Below the pieces are notes generated by a model that saw only the letters and a list, made by a program, of their open reading frames with translations, ran no database searches and was not told where the DNA came from. A program made the position numbers and the translations under genes. From the NCBI GenBank assembly GCA_963846575.1, contig CAWJWJ010000002.1, positions 2,464,001-2,528,000 of the forward strand: DNA of 64,000 nucleotides. Direction: 5' to 3'. This DNA is from an uncultured Nitrospiraceae bacterium. Lineage in GTDB: Bacteria; Nitrospirota; Nitrospiria; Nitrospirales; Nitrospiraceae. Every line of letters begins with the position of its first letter. Position 1 is the stretch's first letter. Shown one piece after another: positions 9,794 to 19,744 of the stretch.

Positions 9794-10909
9794 ATGAGCA
9801 ATCAGACGACCGCGCCTGCCACCGCACCTTCCGCTCCAGCTCTGAATAACCCCCAGGGAGCTGCACCCACGACCACGCCCCAGGCCATCGACCACTTAGC
9901 GTATTGGAAGGCGGGTTTGCGGGAACTAAAAACTTTCCGTGGGCATTCTCATGGTGTCTGGGCTGTAGCCTATGCCCCCGACGGGCAAACAATCGTCAGC
10001 GGAGGCGTGGATCGATACGTGCGAGTCTGGGACATTGAAACAGGGCGGCTTCTGCGCTCGCTACGAGGCCACACGGCCGACATCCGCGCCCTGGTGTTTA
10101 CGCCGGACGGCCGGACGCTCGCCTCCGGTAGCGAGGACCGGACGATCCGCCTCTGGAATCCCAAGACCGGAGAACCGACCAAGCTCCTATTCACGCGCTA
10201 TGATCACAATGTTTGCAGCTTATCGCTCTCGCCCGACGGCCTAATGCTGGCCCGTGGCAGTCACAATAAGGACATCAAGATCTGGGAGGTGACGACTGGA
10301 ACAGACCTCATGACCCTGTTGGGGAAAGACCAATTCGATCACCACTGGTCGGTCTGTGTCGCATTTTCGCCGGATGGCCTACACCTCGCCAGTGGGTCAG
10401 ACATTGGCAAAATCAGGATCTGGGAAGTACTGCCGAGTGGTGAAGAAAAGATTCTACATAATGGCCATTGGCAGGAAACGGAAGAAGACTCGACGGAAAC
10501 CCGCGGTTTTTTCATTGAGGACGACGGAGGCTTCCAGAAGCCGATGGAGTACTGGATCGGCGCGATGGTGTTCACCCCGGATGCGAAACTTCTCATCACA
10601 GGCAGCCGTGATAATACGATCCGTTTCTTTGAAATGCCGACGATGAACGAACTTCGAGTCCTGCGCGTACATAGCGGATGGGTCCGATGCCTTGTGGTTT
10701 CGCCTGATGGAAAGGTCCTCATCAGTTCAGGAGACGACGGCACCATCCGATTCTGGGACATTGCCACAGGCCGCAATTTCAGGACCGACAAAAGCCACAC
10801 GGGGGCGGTACGCGGCATCGCACTATCTCCCGATGGCTTGCGATTAGCCAGCGCCTCATGGGATCGCACCGTGAAATTGTGGGAAGGCGGCCCAGAACCG
10901 ACAGAATAA
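9794..10909 (+). CDS. WD40-repeat protein
   Basis: About 7 GH..WD repeats (GHSHGVWAVAYAPDG...VRVWD, LASASWDRTVKLW). Start MSNQ at 9794 after GAGG. Confidence 0.92.
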   Translation: MSNQTTAPATAPSAPALNNPQGAAPTTTPQAIDHLAYWKAGLRELKTFRGHSHGVWAVAYAPDGQTIVSGGVDRYVRVWDIETGRLLRSLRGHTADIRALVFTPDGRTLASGSEDRTIRLWNPKTGEPTKLLFTRYDHNVCSLSLSPDGLMLARGSHNKDIKIWEVTTGTDLMTLLGKDQFDHHWSVCVAFSPDGLHLASGSDIGKIRIWEVLPSGEEKILHNGHWQETEEDSTETRGFFIEDDGGFQKPMEYWIGAMVFTPDAKLLITGSRDNTIRFFEMPTMNELRVLRVHSGWVRCLVVSPDGKVLISSGDDGTIRFWDIATGRNFRTDKSHTGAVRGIALSPDGLRLASASWDRTVKLWEGGPEPTE

Positions 10910-10910
10910 C

Positions 10911-12362
10911 TCAGTCGGCATCCTCCTCTGCCTCACCCTTGGCCGCGGAGATACCGTATTTCTTGCACTTGTCCCATAACGCTTTTCTGGACAACCCCAA
11001 CATTCCCGCCGCATTGGTTCGATTGCCGTCCACCCGCTTTAATACCTCGACAATATAGTCCCGCTCAAATCCTTCGCGCGCTGCCGCTAGAGTCATCGGC
11101 TCGGCCACTGCCTGCTTCCTGACTTCCGCAGTCAGTCCCTCAGCACAGAAACCGCAGGCACTCTGGGTAGTCCCACCAAGATAAGGGCAGGTCTGGAATC
11201 CGCACAGATTCCACGGTTGTATGGGTTCCCCCTCCTGCCCCGAGACGACGGCACGCTCAACTATCTGCTCCAGTTCACCCACATTCCCGGGAAACGAATA
11301 GTGCTGGAGCAGGTCGCAACTCGTTTCCGAAAACCCCTTCAGCGACTTGCCAAGCGTCGCAGAACGAGCCTCCAGTACATGTTCGGCAATGACCACGACA
11401 TCGTCACGTCGCTCACGCAGGGGCGGCACGACGACCTGGACTGGCTTGAAATAGTCATACAGCTCAATGCGAAACCCCCCGTGGGTGACCGCTTCTTGAA
11501 GATCGCGCTGGACTGCACAGATGAGTCGGACATCGACCTCGATTGCCTCTCGTCCCCCGACACGGCAAAACCGGTTCTCTCGCAGCAAGCGTACCAGTCC
11601 GTCCTGAAGCGCAGGAGACAGTGAGTCAATATCATTGAGAACCAAAGTTCCTTTGTGGGCCAGTTCGAACCGTCCTCGTCGTTGACGGACCGCCCCTGGC
11701 ATGGCCCCCTTCTCGTGGCCGAATAACTCCGATTTCATAAGGGCCTCTGGAATGTCGGCACAGCAAACCTTCACCAAAGGCTGGTCTCGCCGTGGGCTGC
11801 TCAGATGGATGGCATGAGCGACCAACTCTTTGCCGGTACCACGCTCTCCGATAATCGACACCGGCGTGTCGGTGGCCGCCAGCTGCTTTATTCTCTCCAG
11901 CAACGCCCGCATTTGGTGATTGCTGCCGTGCATTCCGCTGAAACTGAAGCGGTCCTCGAGGACCTCTTGTGATTCAAGGGTTTCACGGCGTAATCCTAGA
12001 ATTTTCCCGACACGCTCAACGATCAGGAGCAATTCGTCCATTTGAAACGGTTTAGTGATGTAATCATACGCGCCAAGCTTAATCGCGCCGACCGCCGTAT
12101 CGACCGATGCATGAGCCGTGATCAATATGACTTCGGTTGTGGGACTCCGCTCTTTGGATGCCTTCAAAATCGTCAGTCCATCGGCGCCGGGGAGGCGTAA
12201 GTCGGTAATAACGATATCGAAGTGACGTGTCTCGAGGATCGCCAGTCCCTCTGTTCCAGTTGCCGCGGCAATCACCTCGCACCCCATACCTTCCAAAGCA
12301 TCCATGATGGACAATCGCATGAGCGGTTCGTCATCGACAATAAAAACCCTGAGCCCCTTCAC
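10911..12362 (-). CDS. NtrC-like REC-AAA+-HTH response regulator with degenerate activation motifs
   Basis: REC domain (VDDE, TDLRLP, KPF), Walker A GERGTGKE and Fis HTH (GNRTNAAGMLGLSR). GAFTGA reads GAMPGA. Confidence 0.9.
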   Translation of the reverse strand: MKGLRVFIVDDEPLMRLSIMDALEGMGCEVIAAATGTEGLAILETRHFDIVITDLRLPGADGLTILKASKERSPTTEVILITAHASVDTAVGAIKLGAYDYITKPFQMDELLLIVERVGKILGLRRETLESQEVLEDRFSFSGMHGSNHQMRALLERIKQLAATDTPVSIIGERGTGKELVAHAIHLSSPRRDQPLVKVCCADIPEALMKSELFGHEKGAMPGAVRQRRGRFELAHKGTLVLNDIDSLSPALQDGLVRLLRENRFCRVGGREAIEVDVRLICAVQRDLQEAVTHGGFRIELYDYFKPVQVVVPPLRERRDDVVVIAEHVLEARSATLGKSLKGFSETSCDLLQHYSFPGNVGELEQIVERAVVSGQEGEPIQPWNLCGFQTCPYLGGTTQSACGFCAEGLTAEVRKQAVAEPMTLAAAREGFERDYIVEVLKRVDGNRTNAAGMLGLSRKALWDKCKKYGISAAKGEAEEDAD

Positions 12363-15300
12363 GAAAACCTCCCGCCGGCGTACCGTGCGATCGCGAGGGG
12401 AATTGATACGGTAAACGTCGTCCCCCTCCCCACTTCGCTCTCAACAAAAATCTTACCCCCATGCCGTTCCACGATTCCCAGACTCACCGAAAGACCAAGC
12501 CCCGTGCCTTCGCCCTCATTCTTCGTGGTAAAAAATGGATCGAAAATACGTGGCAGCACCAATGGGGAGATCCCGCAGCCGGAATCCCGGATGTGAAGCA
12601 GACAATTGCTTCCGTCCACCATGGTGCGGATCGTCAGAACTCCGCCACTCCGCATCGCTTGAATGGCATTCAAAATAAGATTCATCAACACCTGTTCCAT
12701 CATGTGCCGATCAATCATAATATCCGGCATATCCTGTGCCAGTGAGGTTTCCAGCCGTACGTGATGGGGTACGAGTAAGTGTTCCGTTAGCAGCAATACC
12801 CGCTTGATGACCTGATGAATGTCCGCAAGCGCTAATTCTGGATTATGCTGCTGCGAAAAATCGAGCAGTTGCCGAACAATCTTCTGCACCCGGCGCAATC
12901 CGTCTTCCATTGACACCAAATACTCCTCTTGCCGGGACGGAGAAAGTGTTCCTTTGCGCATGTTGTAGAGACAGTTCAGGATGCCGCCGAGTGGGTTGTT
13001 GATCTCGTGCGCGACACCCGCGGCCAGTTTTCCCACCGAGGCCAGCTTCTCGGAACTTCTGATTTGCTGCTCCAGTTTCTTTGTGTCCGTCATATCACGT
13101 GCAATGCCAAGCACGCCCAATATCTCTCCTTCCACGCCATGCAACGGCGAGACGCTTACCATGACAGAACGTGGCTCGCCGGTCTTTGTGAGCACCTCCA
13201 CCTCATAAACCTGTTTGACGCCGATGTCCAAAGTCGATTTCAAACGCCTGCCTCGATGCCGCTTCGACAATAGAGCCAAGTAGGGACGGCCCAAGAGATC
13301 TTCCTTGGTGTACCCCCACGCCAGGACCTTGCTGTTGACATAGGTAAAACACTGCTCGCTATCGAGCGTGTAAATGACGTCGTTGGCATTCTCCAACAGG
13401 TTTTCGAGATACTGTTTGGTTTCTTCAATTTCTCTAGTTCTCTCGATGACTTTCGTTTCTAACTCCTGCTGATAGGTATGCATCTGCCGTTCAAGACGTT
13501 TGCGGTCCGTAATGTCGCGAAGTTGCACCATGACCCACGCATGGTCGCTACCGCGCACCAAAATCAGGTCCATTTCCACCGGCCTATCCTTGCCGGTAGC
13601 ATCACGCACAGTCATTTCCTGAGTTGGCACCTGGCGCTCACCTGCATGAATTTTTGCCAACATCGATCTCATGGACTCATGGTATGCCGGGTCAACCACA
13701 TCGAGAATACTGCTCCCCATCACCTGTTCTTCCGAGTATCCCAGCGCCTGCTCCTCACGCTTGTTGACCGCGACAATCAGACTATCCTCCCCGACCATGA
13801 ACACAGAGTCAGCCACGAGGTCGAACAGGGCCTTGTATCGTTCCTGAGACGCGACGAGCTGTTGTGTGCGCTCATTCACGGCCTGTTCGAGTTGAGTCGT
13901 ATAGCGTTGGATTTGCTGTTCCAGTAAACGCCGTTCCGTCACATCCCGGACGAAGGCACGAGAGTGGACTAGTCCGCCCCCGCTTTCAAAGAGAGCCGTG
14001 GCATGAATTTCCACGTCGATCGCATGACCATCAACTGCCAGAAACACCGTCTCTATGGTGCTGCGCCCCTCCGAGACCAGACGCTCCAGATAAGCCAGCA
14101 CTTCCAATTCTCGTCCTTTGGGAACAAGATCCCAGAGGCGCATGTGCAGCATCTCATCGAGGGAATACCCGAGCTTATCCAAACCGGTCTTATTGACATG
14201 CACAAACTGACCGGCCTTATTGAGCTGATAGATCATTTCCGGGGAATGCTCGATGAGATCCCGGTATCGCGCCTCCAACCGGCGGACATCCTCCATGCGA
14301 TGCTCAATTTGTTCGAATGAGACTCGCAAATTGACCGCCATTTTGTTGAACGCCTCGGCCAGTTGCTCGATTTCATCACCGGTTTTGAGATTCAGTTGCT
14401 GATCAAGCCGCCCACTTCCAATCCGCTGCACGCCTTCATGGAGCAAGCTGATAGGACGGGCAATCCGTCGCGCAACAGCCAGTCCGGTGAGCACCAAGAC
14501 CCCAAACACCCCCAACCCATATACAGTCACCTGAACGACAAGCCGCGACAGGGGCGCATAGGACTCCTGCGGGTCCTGCCGTACAAACGTCACCCATCGC
14601 TTGCCGCCCAGACTATCCGGCGTGAGATGATCGCCCAACCGGACCGGCGCAAATCCGACGATCGAGTCCCGCCCGCCGTGTGAATCATTCGTTACGGTAC
14701 TCCATCCGGCATGGCTCGCATCAATGGCGCTGACCAGTTCAGGTGTCACCGTGTGCTCTTCCGGCGACAGGACCGGACAGATCACCGGCACACCGTCTGA
14801 ATTGAACAACATGGCATGCCCCGTATTTCCCACAGTGACTTCCGATACGGAATGGAACAGCGTATCCCGACGTAACAGGATCGTGACTGCGCCGATGGCC
14901 ACATGCTGTTCATCGTCGAGAAGCGGCACGGACACGTTCAGGACATGCGTACCAAAGGACGGGTCGAAGAATAGATCACTGACATAGACCCCACCGGTTC
15001 CGCCCTTCATCACCGCCTGCCACCAGGGCGTCTTGCCGTAATAATATTCGACCTGCGGAATGGAGCTCACGACGAGGGCGCCGCGATTGTCGGTCACGAA
15101 AATGGCGACGTAATCATCCTTCCGGATGTCGTGCCATCGAATCAGGTAGTTGGTCACGATCCGATTGATGAATAATGGAAACTCGCTTTGCTTATCCCGT
15201 TGCCGCCACCGCTTCTGCCATGCCTTGATCATGGACTGGACGGCTCTCTCATCCTTATCCTGATAGGTTCGATTGGACTCCGTCACGGATGTGCGGAGGA

Positions 15301-15574
15301 ACGGCGTGGCAGCCAACTGCTCAGCCTCGTTGATTCCACGCGTCACCTGCATCTCGATGCGCCGGGCGGCTTCCACGGCCACTTCTTTGAAGTTGGCCCC
15401 GATCGTTTCGCGAAGCGCCCGGCGTTCTTCAATGTAGGTCATCAGGAGGGAGAGACAGAGCGGCAGAAGACCAACCATCACGATGGCCGTGATGATTTTA
15501 CGCTGGAGACTGTGAGACCCGCTCCAGAACAGCATGGGTATGACGTGCCCCGACAAACAGCCCTTTCCGAACAC
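12359..15574 (-). CDS. Sensor histidine kinase (TM-Cache-TM-HAMP-3xPAS-HisKA-HATPase)
   Basis: HAMP GDEIEQLAEAFNKM, three PAS segments, H-box AHEINNPL, N-box NLILNA, and DPFFTTK and GTGLGL. It overlaps the regulator start by 4 nt. The exact start is uncertain. Confidence 0.92.
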   Translation of the reverse strand: MFGKGCLSGHVIPMLFWSGSHSLQRKIITAIVMVGLLPLCLSLLMTYIEERRALRETIGANFKEVAVEAARRIEMQVTRGINEAEQLAATPFLRTSVTESNRTYQDKDERAVQSMIKAWQKRWRQRDKQSEFPLFINRIVTNYLIRWHDIRKDDYVAIFVTDNRGALVVSSIPQVEYYYGKTPWWQAVMKGGTGGVYVSDLFFDPSFGTHVLNVSVPLLDDEQHVAIGAVTILLRRDTLFHSVSEVTVGNTGHAMLFNSDGVPVICPVLSPEEHTVTPELVSAIDASHAGWSTVTNDSHGGRDSIVGFAPVRLGDHLTPDSLGGKRWVTFVRQDPQESYAPLSRLVVQVTVYGLGVFGVLVLTGLAVARRIARPISLLHEGVQRIGSGRLDQQLNLKTGDEIEQLAEAFNKMAVNLRVSFEQIEHRMEDVRRLEARYRDLIEHSPEMIYQLNKAGQFVHVNKTGLDKLGYSLDEMLHMRLWDLVPKGRELEVLAYLERLVSEGRSTIETVFLAVDGHAIDVEIHATALFESGGGLVHSRAFVRDVTERRLLEQQIQRYTTQLEQAVNERTQQLVASQERYKALFDLVADSVFMVGEDSLIVAVNKREEQALGYSEEQVMGSSILDVVDPAYHESMRSMLAKIHAGERQVPTQEMTVRDATGKDRPVEMDLILVRGSDHAWVMVQLRDITDRKRLERQMHTYQQELETKVIERTREIEETKQYLENLLENANDVIYTLDSEQCFTYVNSKVLAWGYTKEDLLGRPYLALLSKRHRGRRLKSTLDIGVKQVYEVEVLTKTGEPRSVMVSVSPLHGVEGEILGVLGIARDMTDTKKLEQQIRSSEKLASVGKLAAGVAHEINNPLGGILNCLYNMRKGTLSPSRQEEYLVSMEDGLRRVQKIVRQLLDFSQQHNPELALADIHQVIKRVLLLTEHLLVPHHVRLETSLAQDMPDIMIDRHMMEQVLMNLILNAIQAMRSGGVLTIRTMVDGSNCLLHIRDSGCGISPLVLPRIFDPFFTTKNEGEGTGLGLSVSLGIVERHGGKIFVESEVGRGTTFTVSIPLAIARYAGGRFS

Positions 15575-15612
15575 CGTGCGGGGCCTAGACGCCGGCTTGG
15601 ATCAACCGACGC

Positions 15613-16530
15613 CTAGCGACGCTTCATGAGGTTCCCGGCGCTGCCGGGCCATAGCAGCAACAACGGGCTGGCTACGAACACTGAGGAATACGTCCCGAAC
15701 ATGACGCCTCCCAGCAATGCCAGGGAAAAATCGTGCAAGACTTCGGCACCCGCCAGCACCAGCGGAATGAGCACGATGACCACGGTCAAACTGGTCACGA
15801 TGGTGCGACTCAGCACCTGATTGATCGCAGCATTGATGATCGTTTCCTCGTTCTCCCGCCGACGGGCTCGCAGATTCTCACGGATACGGTCAAACACAAC
15901 AACAGTATCTGTCAGCGAATAGCCTGCCAAGGTCAAGAGGGCCGTGACAACCAGCAAAGTAATTTCTTTGTCAAACAGGTAAAAGACTCCCAGCACCGCG
16001 AGCACATCGTGAAAGGTCGCCAGTGCCGCCGCCACGCCGAACCGCAGCTCAAAACGAACCGCGATGTAGAGGACGATGCCGACAAACGAGATGAGCACGG
16101 CAATCAGAGCGTCTTCCTGAAGTTTCTTGCCGATCGTTGGGCCGATTTCCATGCTGGAATCGACTACAAACTTATTAGCGGGGAATTCTTTGCTAAACAC
16201 CGCCACCACCCGCTCCGCGATTTTCTCTTCGATGGTCGTCGACGTTTTCACCCGGATGAGGAGCTTGTTATCCTGGGTAAATTCCTGCAGTTCGGCCGAG
16301 CCGAGACCATTCTTTTCCAACGCATGCCTGGCCTCGTCGATCCTGATCGCCTGGTCAAATTTCAACTGCACCGCCGTCCCACCGGCAAAATCGATTCCCA
16401 AATTCGCCGCGCCGCGCCCGATTTGGATCACCGCAAGGATGCCCAGCAATGCGAGGATGCCGGAAAGCGCAAACGAGATGCTCCGCTTTCCCATAAAATC
16501 GATATTCGTCTTCCCCAAAATCTCGAACAT
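15613..16530 (-). CDS. secF: Protein translocase subunit SecF
   Basis: GIDFAGG, FHDV, GYSLTDTVVVFDRIRE and SRTIVTS motifs, downstream of secD. Confidence 0.97.
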   Translation of the reverse strand: MFEILGKTNIDFMGKRSISFALSGILALLGILAVIQIGRGAANLGIDFAGGTAVQLKFDQAIRIDEARHALEKNGLGSAELQEFTQDNKLLIRVKTSTTIEEKIAERVVAVFSKEFPANKFVVDSSMEIGPTIGKKLQEDALIAVLISFVGIVLYIAVRFELRFGVAAALATFHDVLAVLGVFYLFDKEITLLVVTALLTLAGYSLTDTVVVFDRIRENLRARRRENEETIINAAINQVLSRTIVTSLTVVIVLIPLVLAGAEVLHDFSLALLGGVMFGTYSSVFVASPLLLLWPGSAGNLMKRR

Positions 16531-16542
16531 GCCGGCTCCTTC

Positions 16543-18192
16543 CTAGATACTGAGCTGCTCAATTTTTCTGCGTTGATTCAGCACATCGAAGACCACCTTG
16601 GTTCCGACCAGCGCCGTGAACAGGTTGATCCCGATGCCAAGGCACAACGTCACAGCGAAACCTTTGATCGGCCCGGTTCCAAACAGAAACAACGCAAACC
16701 CTGTGATCAGCGTCGTGACGTGCGAGTCGACGATGGTCAACAATGCTTTATCATATCCCGCATCGATCGCGAGGCGCACCGGCTTCCCCTGCCGTAACTC
16801 TTCACGTATACGCTCAAAAATCAATACGTTAGAGTCAACCCCCATGCCGATCGTCAGGATGATGCCGGCGATGCCGGGAAGGGTCAGCGTTGCATTCAAT
16901 GCCGCGAGGAAACCGATCAGGCAGACCAGATTCAAAAGCAACGCGAAATTCGCGATCACTCCGGACAACCGGTAATAACTCGCCATGAACACGATGACGA
17001 GAAGCCCGGCAAAGAGAGTGGCCTTCACCCCTTTCTCAATGGAATCTTGTCCGAGCGATGGTCCCACGGTCAGATCCTGAATGATCTTTAAGGGCGCCGG
17101 CAATGCACCGGCTCGCAGTACAATCGCCAGGTTGTTGGCCTCTTCCATCGAGAACGTTCCGGTAATTTGGGCCCGTCCCCCACTGATACGCTCCTGAATG
17201 ACCGGTGCGGAATAGATAGTATTATCAAGGACGATGGCCATGCGCTTTTTGACATTCTCACCGGTGATCCGATCGAATTCTCGCGCACCTTTTGCATCGA
17301 AGGTGACCGATACATACGGCTCATTGAACTGGCCGATAGACACCCGGGCGTCACTCAATACGTCGCCGGCCAACATGACTCGCTTTTTGACTAAATACGG
17401 CGACAGCCATTCTTGCCCGCTGTCTTTTTCCACGACCCGTTCGAAGAGAATTTGGTCGCCTTCCGGCACCTTCCCTTCCACCTGCTTCAAAAACGCTTCT
17501 TCGCGCTCCTTTCCCTTCTGGATACGACCCGGAAAATCAAGCTTCGTCTGATTATCATCGTCTAATAACTTGAACTCGAGCAACGCCGTCTGCTTGATGA
17601 GATCCTTTGCCATCTTGGCATCCTTGATCCCGGGTAGTTGAACCACCACCTGCTTCAAGCCCTGCCGCTGGATGAGAGGTTCGGCCACACCAAATTGGTC
17701 AATGCGGTTCCGAATGGTCTCCAGCGCCTGGTTGATGGCAGAGTCCTTGATTCGCTTGATCTCTGCGTCCCGCAGTTCCCAGACGACGCTATTCGGGGAG
17801 CCGGCCGATTCCACCTCCAGATAAGTTGGGAAATCATCCAGAACTTTCTGTACCTGCGCTTTCAGTTCAGCATTCTGAAATCCGATGGTAATCCGTGATG
17901 GCCCCGTTCGTTTGACTGATTCGGCCGGAATTTTTTTCTCAACCAGCAGATCCTGAATCCCAGCCGCCGTGCGTTCGACTGCAATCTCCACGGCCCGATC
18001 CTCTTCGACTTCGAGCACCAGATGAATCCCGCCTTGCAGGTCCAGCCCCAGGGTAATGCCCTTATCGGGAAGGACATCCCGAATCCACCGCGGCAGTTCC
18101 TTGTAAAGAGGCTGATAGGAAGGCAAGAAAAAGATGATCGAGGCGACCACCATCGTCACTAAGGCTAATAACCGTCCGCCGACTTTCTTCAT
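16543..18192 (-). CDS. secD: Protein translocase subunit SecD
   Basis: LGLDLQGG, RIDQFGVAEP, LRAGALPAP, VGPSLG and GMGVDSNVLIFERIREE motifs. Confidence 0.97.
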   Translation of the reverse strand: MKKVGGRLLALVTMVVASIIFFLPSYQPLYKELPRWIRDVLPDKGITLGLDLQGGIHLVLEVEEDRAVEIAVERTAAGIQDLLVEKKIPAESVKRTGPSRITIGFQNAELKAQVQKVLDDFPTYLEVESAGSPNSVVWELRDAEIKRIKDSAINQALETIRNRIDQFGVAEPLIQRQGLKQVVVQLPGIKDAKMAKDLIKQTALLEFKLLDDDNQTKLDFPGRIQKGKEREEAFLKQVEGKVPEGDQILFERVVEKDSGQEWLSPYLVKKRVMLAGDVLSDARVSIGQFNEPYVSVTFDAKGAREFDRITGENVKKRMAIVLDNTIYSAPVIQERISGGRAQITGTFSMEEANNLAIVLRAGALPAPLKIIQDLTVGPSLGQDSIEKGVKATLFAGLLVIVFMASYYRLSGVIANFALLLNLVCLIGFLAALNATLTLPGIAGIILTIGMGVDSNVLIFERIREELRQGKPVRLAIDAGYDKALLTIVDSHVTTLITGFALFLFGTGPIKGFAVTLCLGIGINLFTALVGTKVVFDVLNQRRKIEQLSI

Positions 18193-18228
18193 ACGTGCGC
18201 CAATCCCTTCCCGTCTCCGTCGCGTGCG

Positions 18229-18549
18229 TCAATCTTCTTCGTCACCGCGCAGCCGAGCAATGTGCTCTTTTTGGATTTTTATTTTGGTGTTGTCCGCAAT
18301 TTGCAGCGTGACCGTGTCTTTTCCCATATTCGTGATGGTGCCCCAAATTCCTGATGCCGTGACTACCTTGTCACCCTTTTTGAGGGCAGCCAGCATCGTA
18401 TCCGCCTGTTTCTTGCGTTTCTGCTGCGGCAGAATCAACATGAAATAAAAAATCACAAAAATGAGGACAAATGGGACCAGCGAGAGAAAACCCCCTCCTG
18501 CCCCCGCACTCCCGGATGTCCCCTGCGCCCACGCCACTGAATTCCACAT
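18229..18549 (-). CDS. yajC: Preprotein translocase subunit YajC
   Basis: IFYFMLILPQQK..LKKGDKVVTASGIWG, in the tgt-yajC-secDF order. Confidence 0.96.
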   Translation of the reverse strand: MWNSVAWAQGTSGSAGAGGGFLSLVPFVLIFVIFYFMLILPQQKRKKQADTMLAALKKGDKVVTASGIWGTITNMGKDTVTLQIADNTKIKIQKEHIARLRGDEED

Positions 18550-18573
18550 AATGTGCCTCGCCTATTTCGCCAT

Positions 18574-19731
18574 TTAGGAAACATCTGTATTTTGAGTATC
18601 TAAGCCGCTTTCGCCCGCCGGACGCTCCACGACGTAGGTCCGGTGAAACTCCCGACGAAACTCTTGAAACGTACCGCCTCGCACGGCGCTCCGGATCTCC
18701 TGCATGAGCTGCGCAAAAAACCATAGATTATGGATCGTGTTGAGACGGGCTCCCAACATTTCCTTGATGCCGAATAAATGGTGCAAATAAGCCCGCGTAT
18801 AACGCGTACAGACGGGGCACTGGCAGGCAGGGTCGATAGGCTGCTCGTCCCGCGCATAGCGGGCCTGCTTGATCACCACACGGCCAAATGACGTGAACAA
18901 CCAGCCGGTGCGGCCATGACGTGAGGGGACAACGCAATCGAACAGATCAATGCCACGCGCCACCCCTTCCACGAGGTCCTCGGGCATGCCCACCCCCATG
19001 AGATAGCGCGGCTTTGCCGACGGCAGCTCCGGCACCGTCACATCCAACATCGCATACATATCGGACTTACCCTCGCCCACCGACAATCCACCCACGGCGT
19101 ATCCATCAAATCCCACCGATACCAGGTCCCGCGCTGACTCCACACGTAGCGCAGAATCCAACCCACCCTGGACGATGCCAAACAGCGACTGATCCGATCG
19201 CCGCTTGGCGCTCACACAGCGGCGCGCCCATAAGGACGTCCTCTCGGCTGCATCGCGCACCTGCTCTATCGAGGAAGGCAGCGCGACCACATGATCAAAC
19301 GCCATGATGATATCCGCGCCCAACGCCTCCTGAATTTCTATCGACGTCTCCGGACTGATAAACCTCGACGACCCATCGATATGCGATTGAAAAATCACGC
19401 CTTCATCCGTGACCTTGCAAAACTTGGCCAGACTAAAAACCTGAAAACCACCGCTGTCGGTCAGGATTGCGCCGGGCCAGGCGGTGAAGCCATGCACGCC
19501 ACCCAACTCTTCAACCACTTTGTGGCCGGGACGCAGATAGAGATGGTACGCATTGTTCAGGATAAGCCCATAGCCCATCTTGAGTAGCTCGTCGCCATCG
19601 ACGCTCCGCACATTGCCCAGCGATCCGACCGGCATGAACGCCGGGGTAGCAATTTCACTGCGGCCAGTGGTCAAAACGCCGACACGAGCGTGCCCGTGGG
19701 GTTCTTCGTGTGTGGTGCGGAAGGACAACAT
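18574..19731 (-). CDS. tgt: Queuine tRNA-ribosyltransferase
   Basis: TPAFMPVG, YHLYLRPG, LTDSGGFQVFSL, GGLSVGE, PRYLMGVG, and the Zn site CQCPVC..HN. Confidence 0.97.
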   Translation of the reverse strand: MLSFRTTHEEPHGHARVGVLTTGRSEIATPAFMPVGSLGNVRSVDGDELLKMGYGLILNNAYHLYLRPGHKVVEELGGVHGFTAWPGAILTDSGGFQVFSLAKFCKVTDEGVIFQSHIDGSSRFISPETSIEIQEALGADIIMAFDHVVALPSSIEQVRDAAERTSLWARRCVSAKRRSDQSLFGIVQGGLDSALRVESARDLVSVGFDGYAVGGLSVGEGKSDMYAMLDVTVPELPSAKPRYLMGVGMPEDLVEGVARGIDLFDCVVPSRHGRTGWLFTSFGRVVIKQARYARDEQPIDPACQCPVCTRYTRAYLHHLFGIKEMLGARLNTIHNLWFFAQLMQEIRSAVRGGTFQEFRREFHRTYVVERPAGESGLDTQNTDVS

Positions 19732-19744
19732 GCGATCGGTGGTC

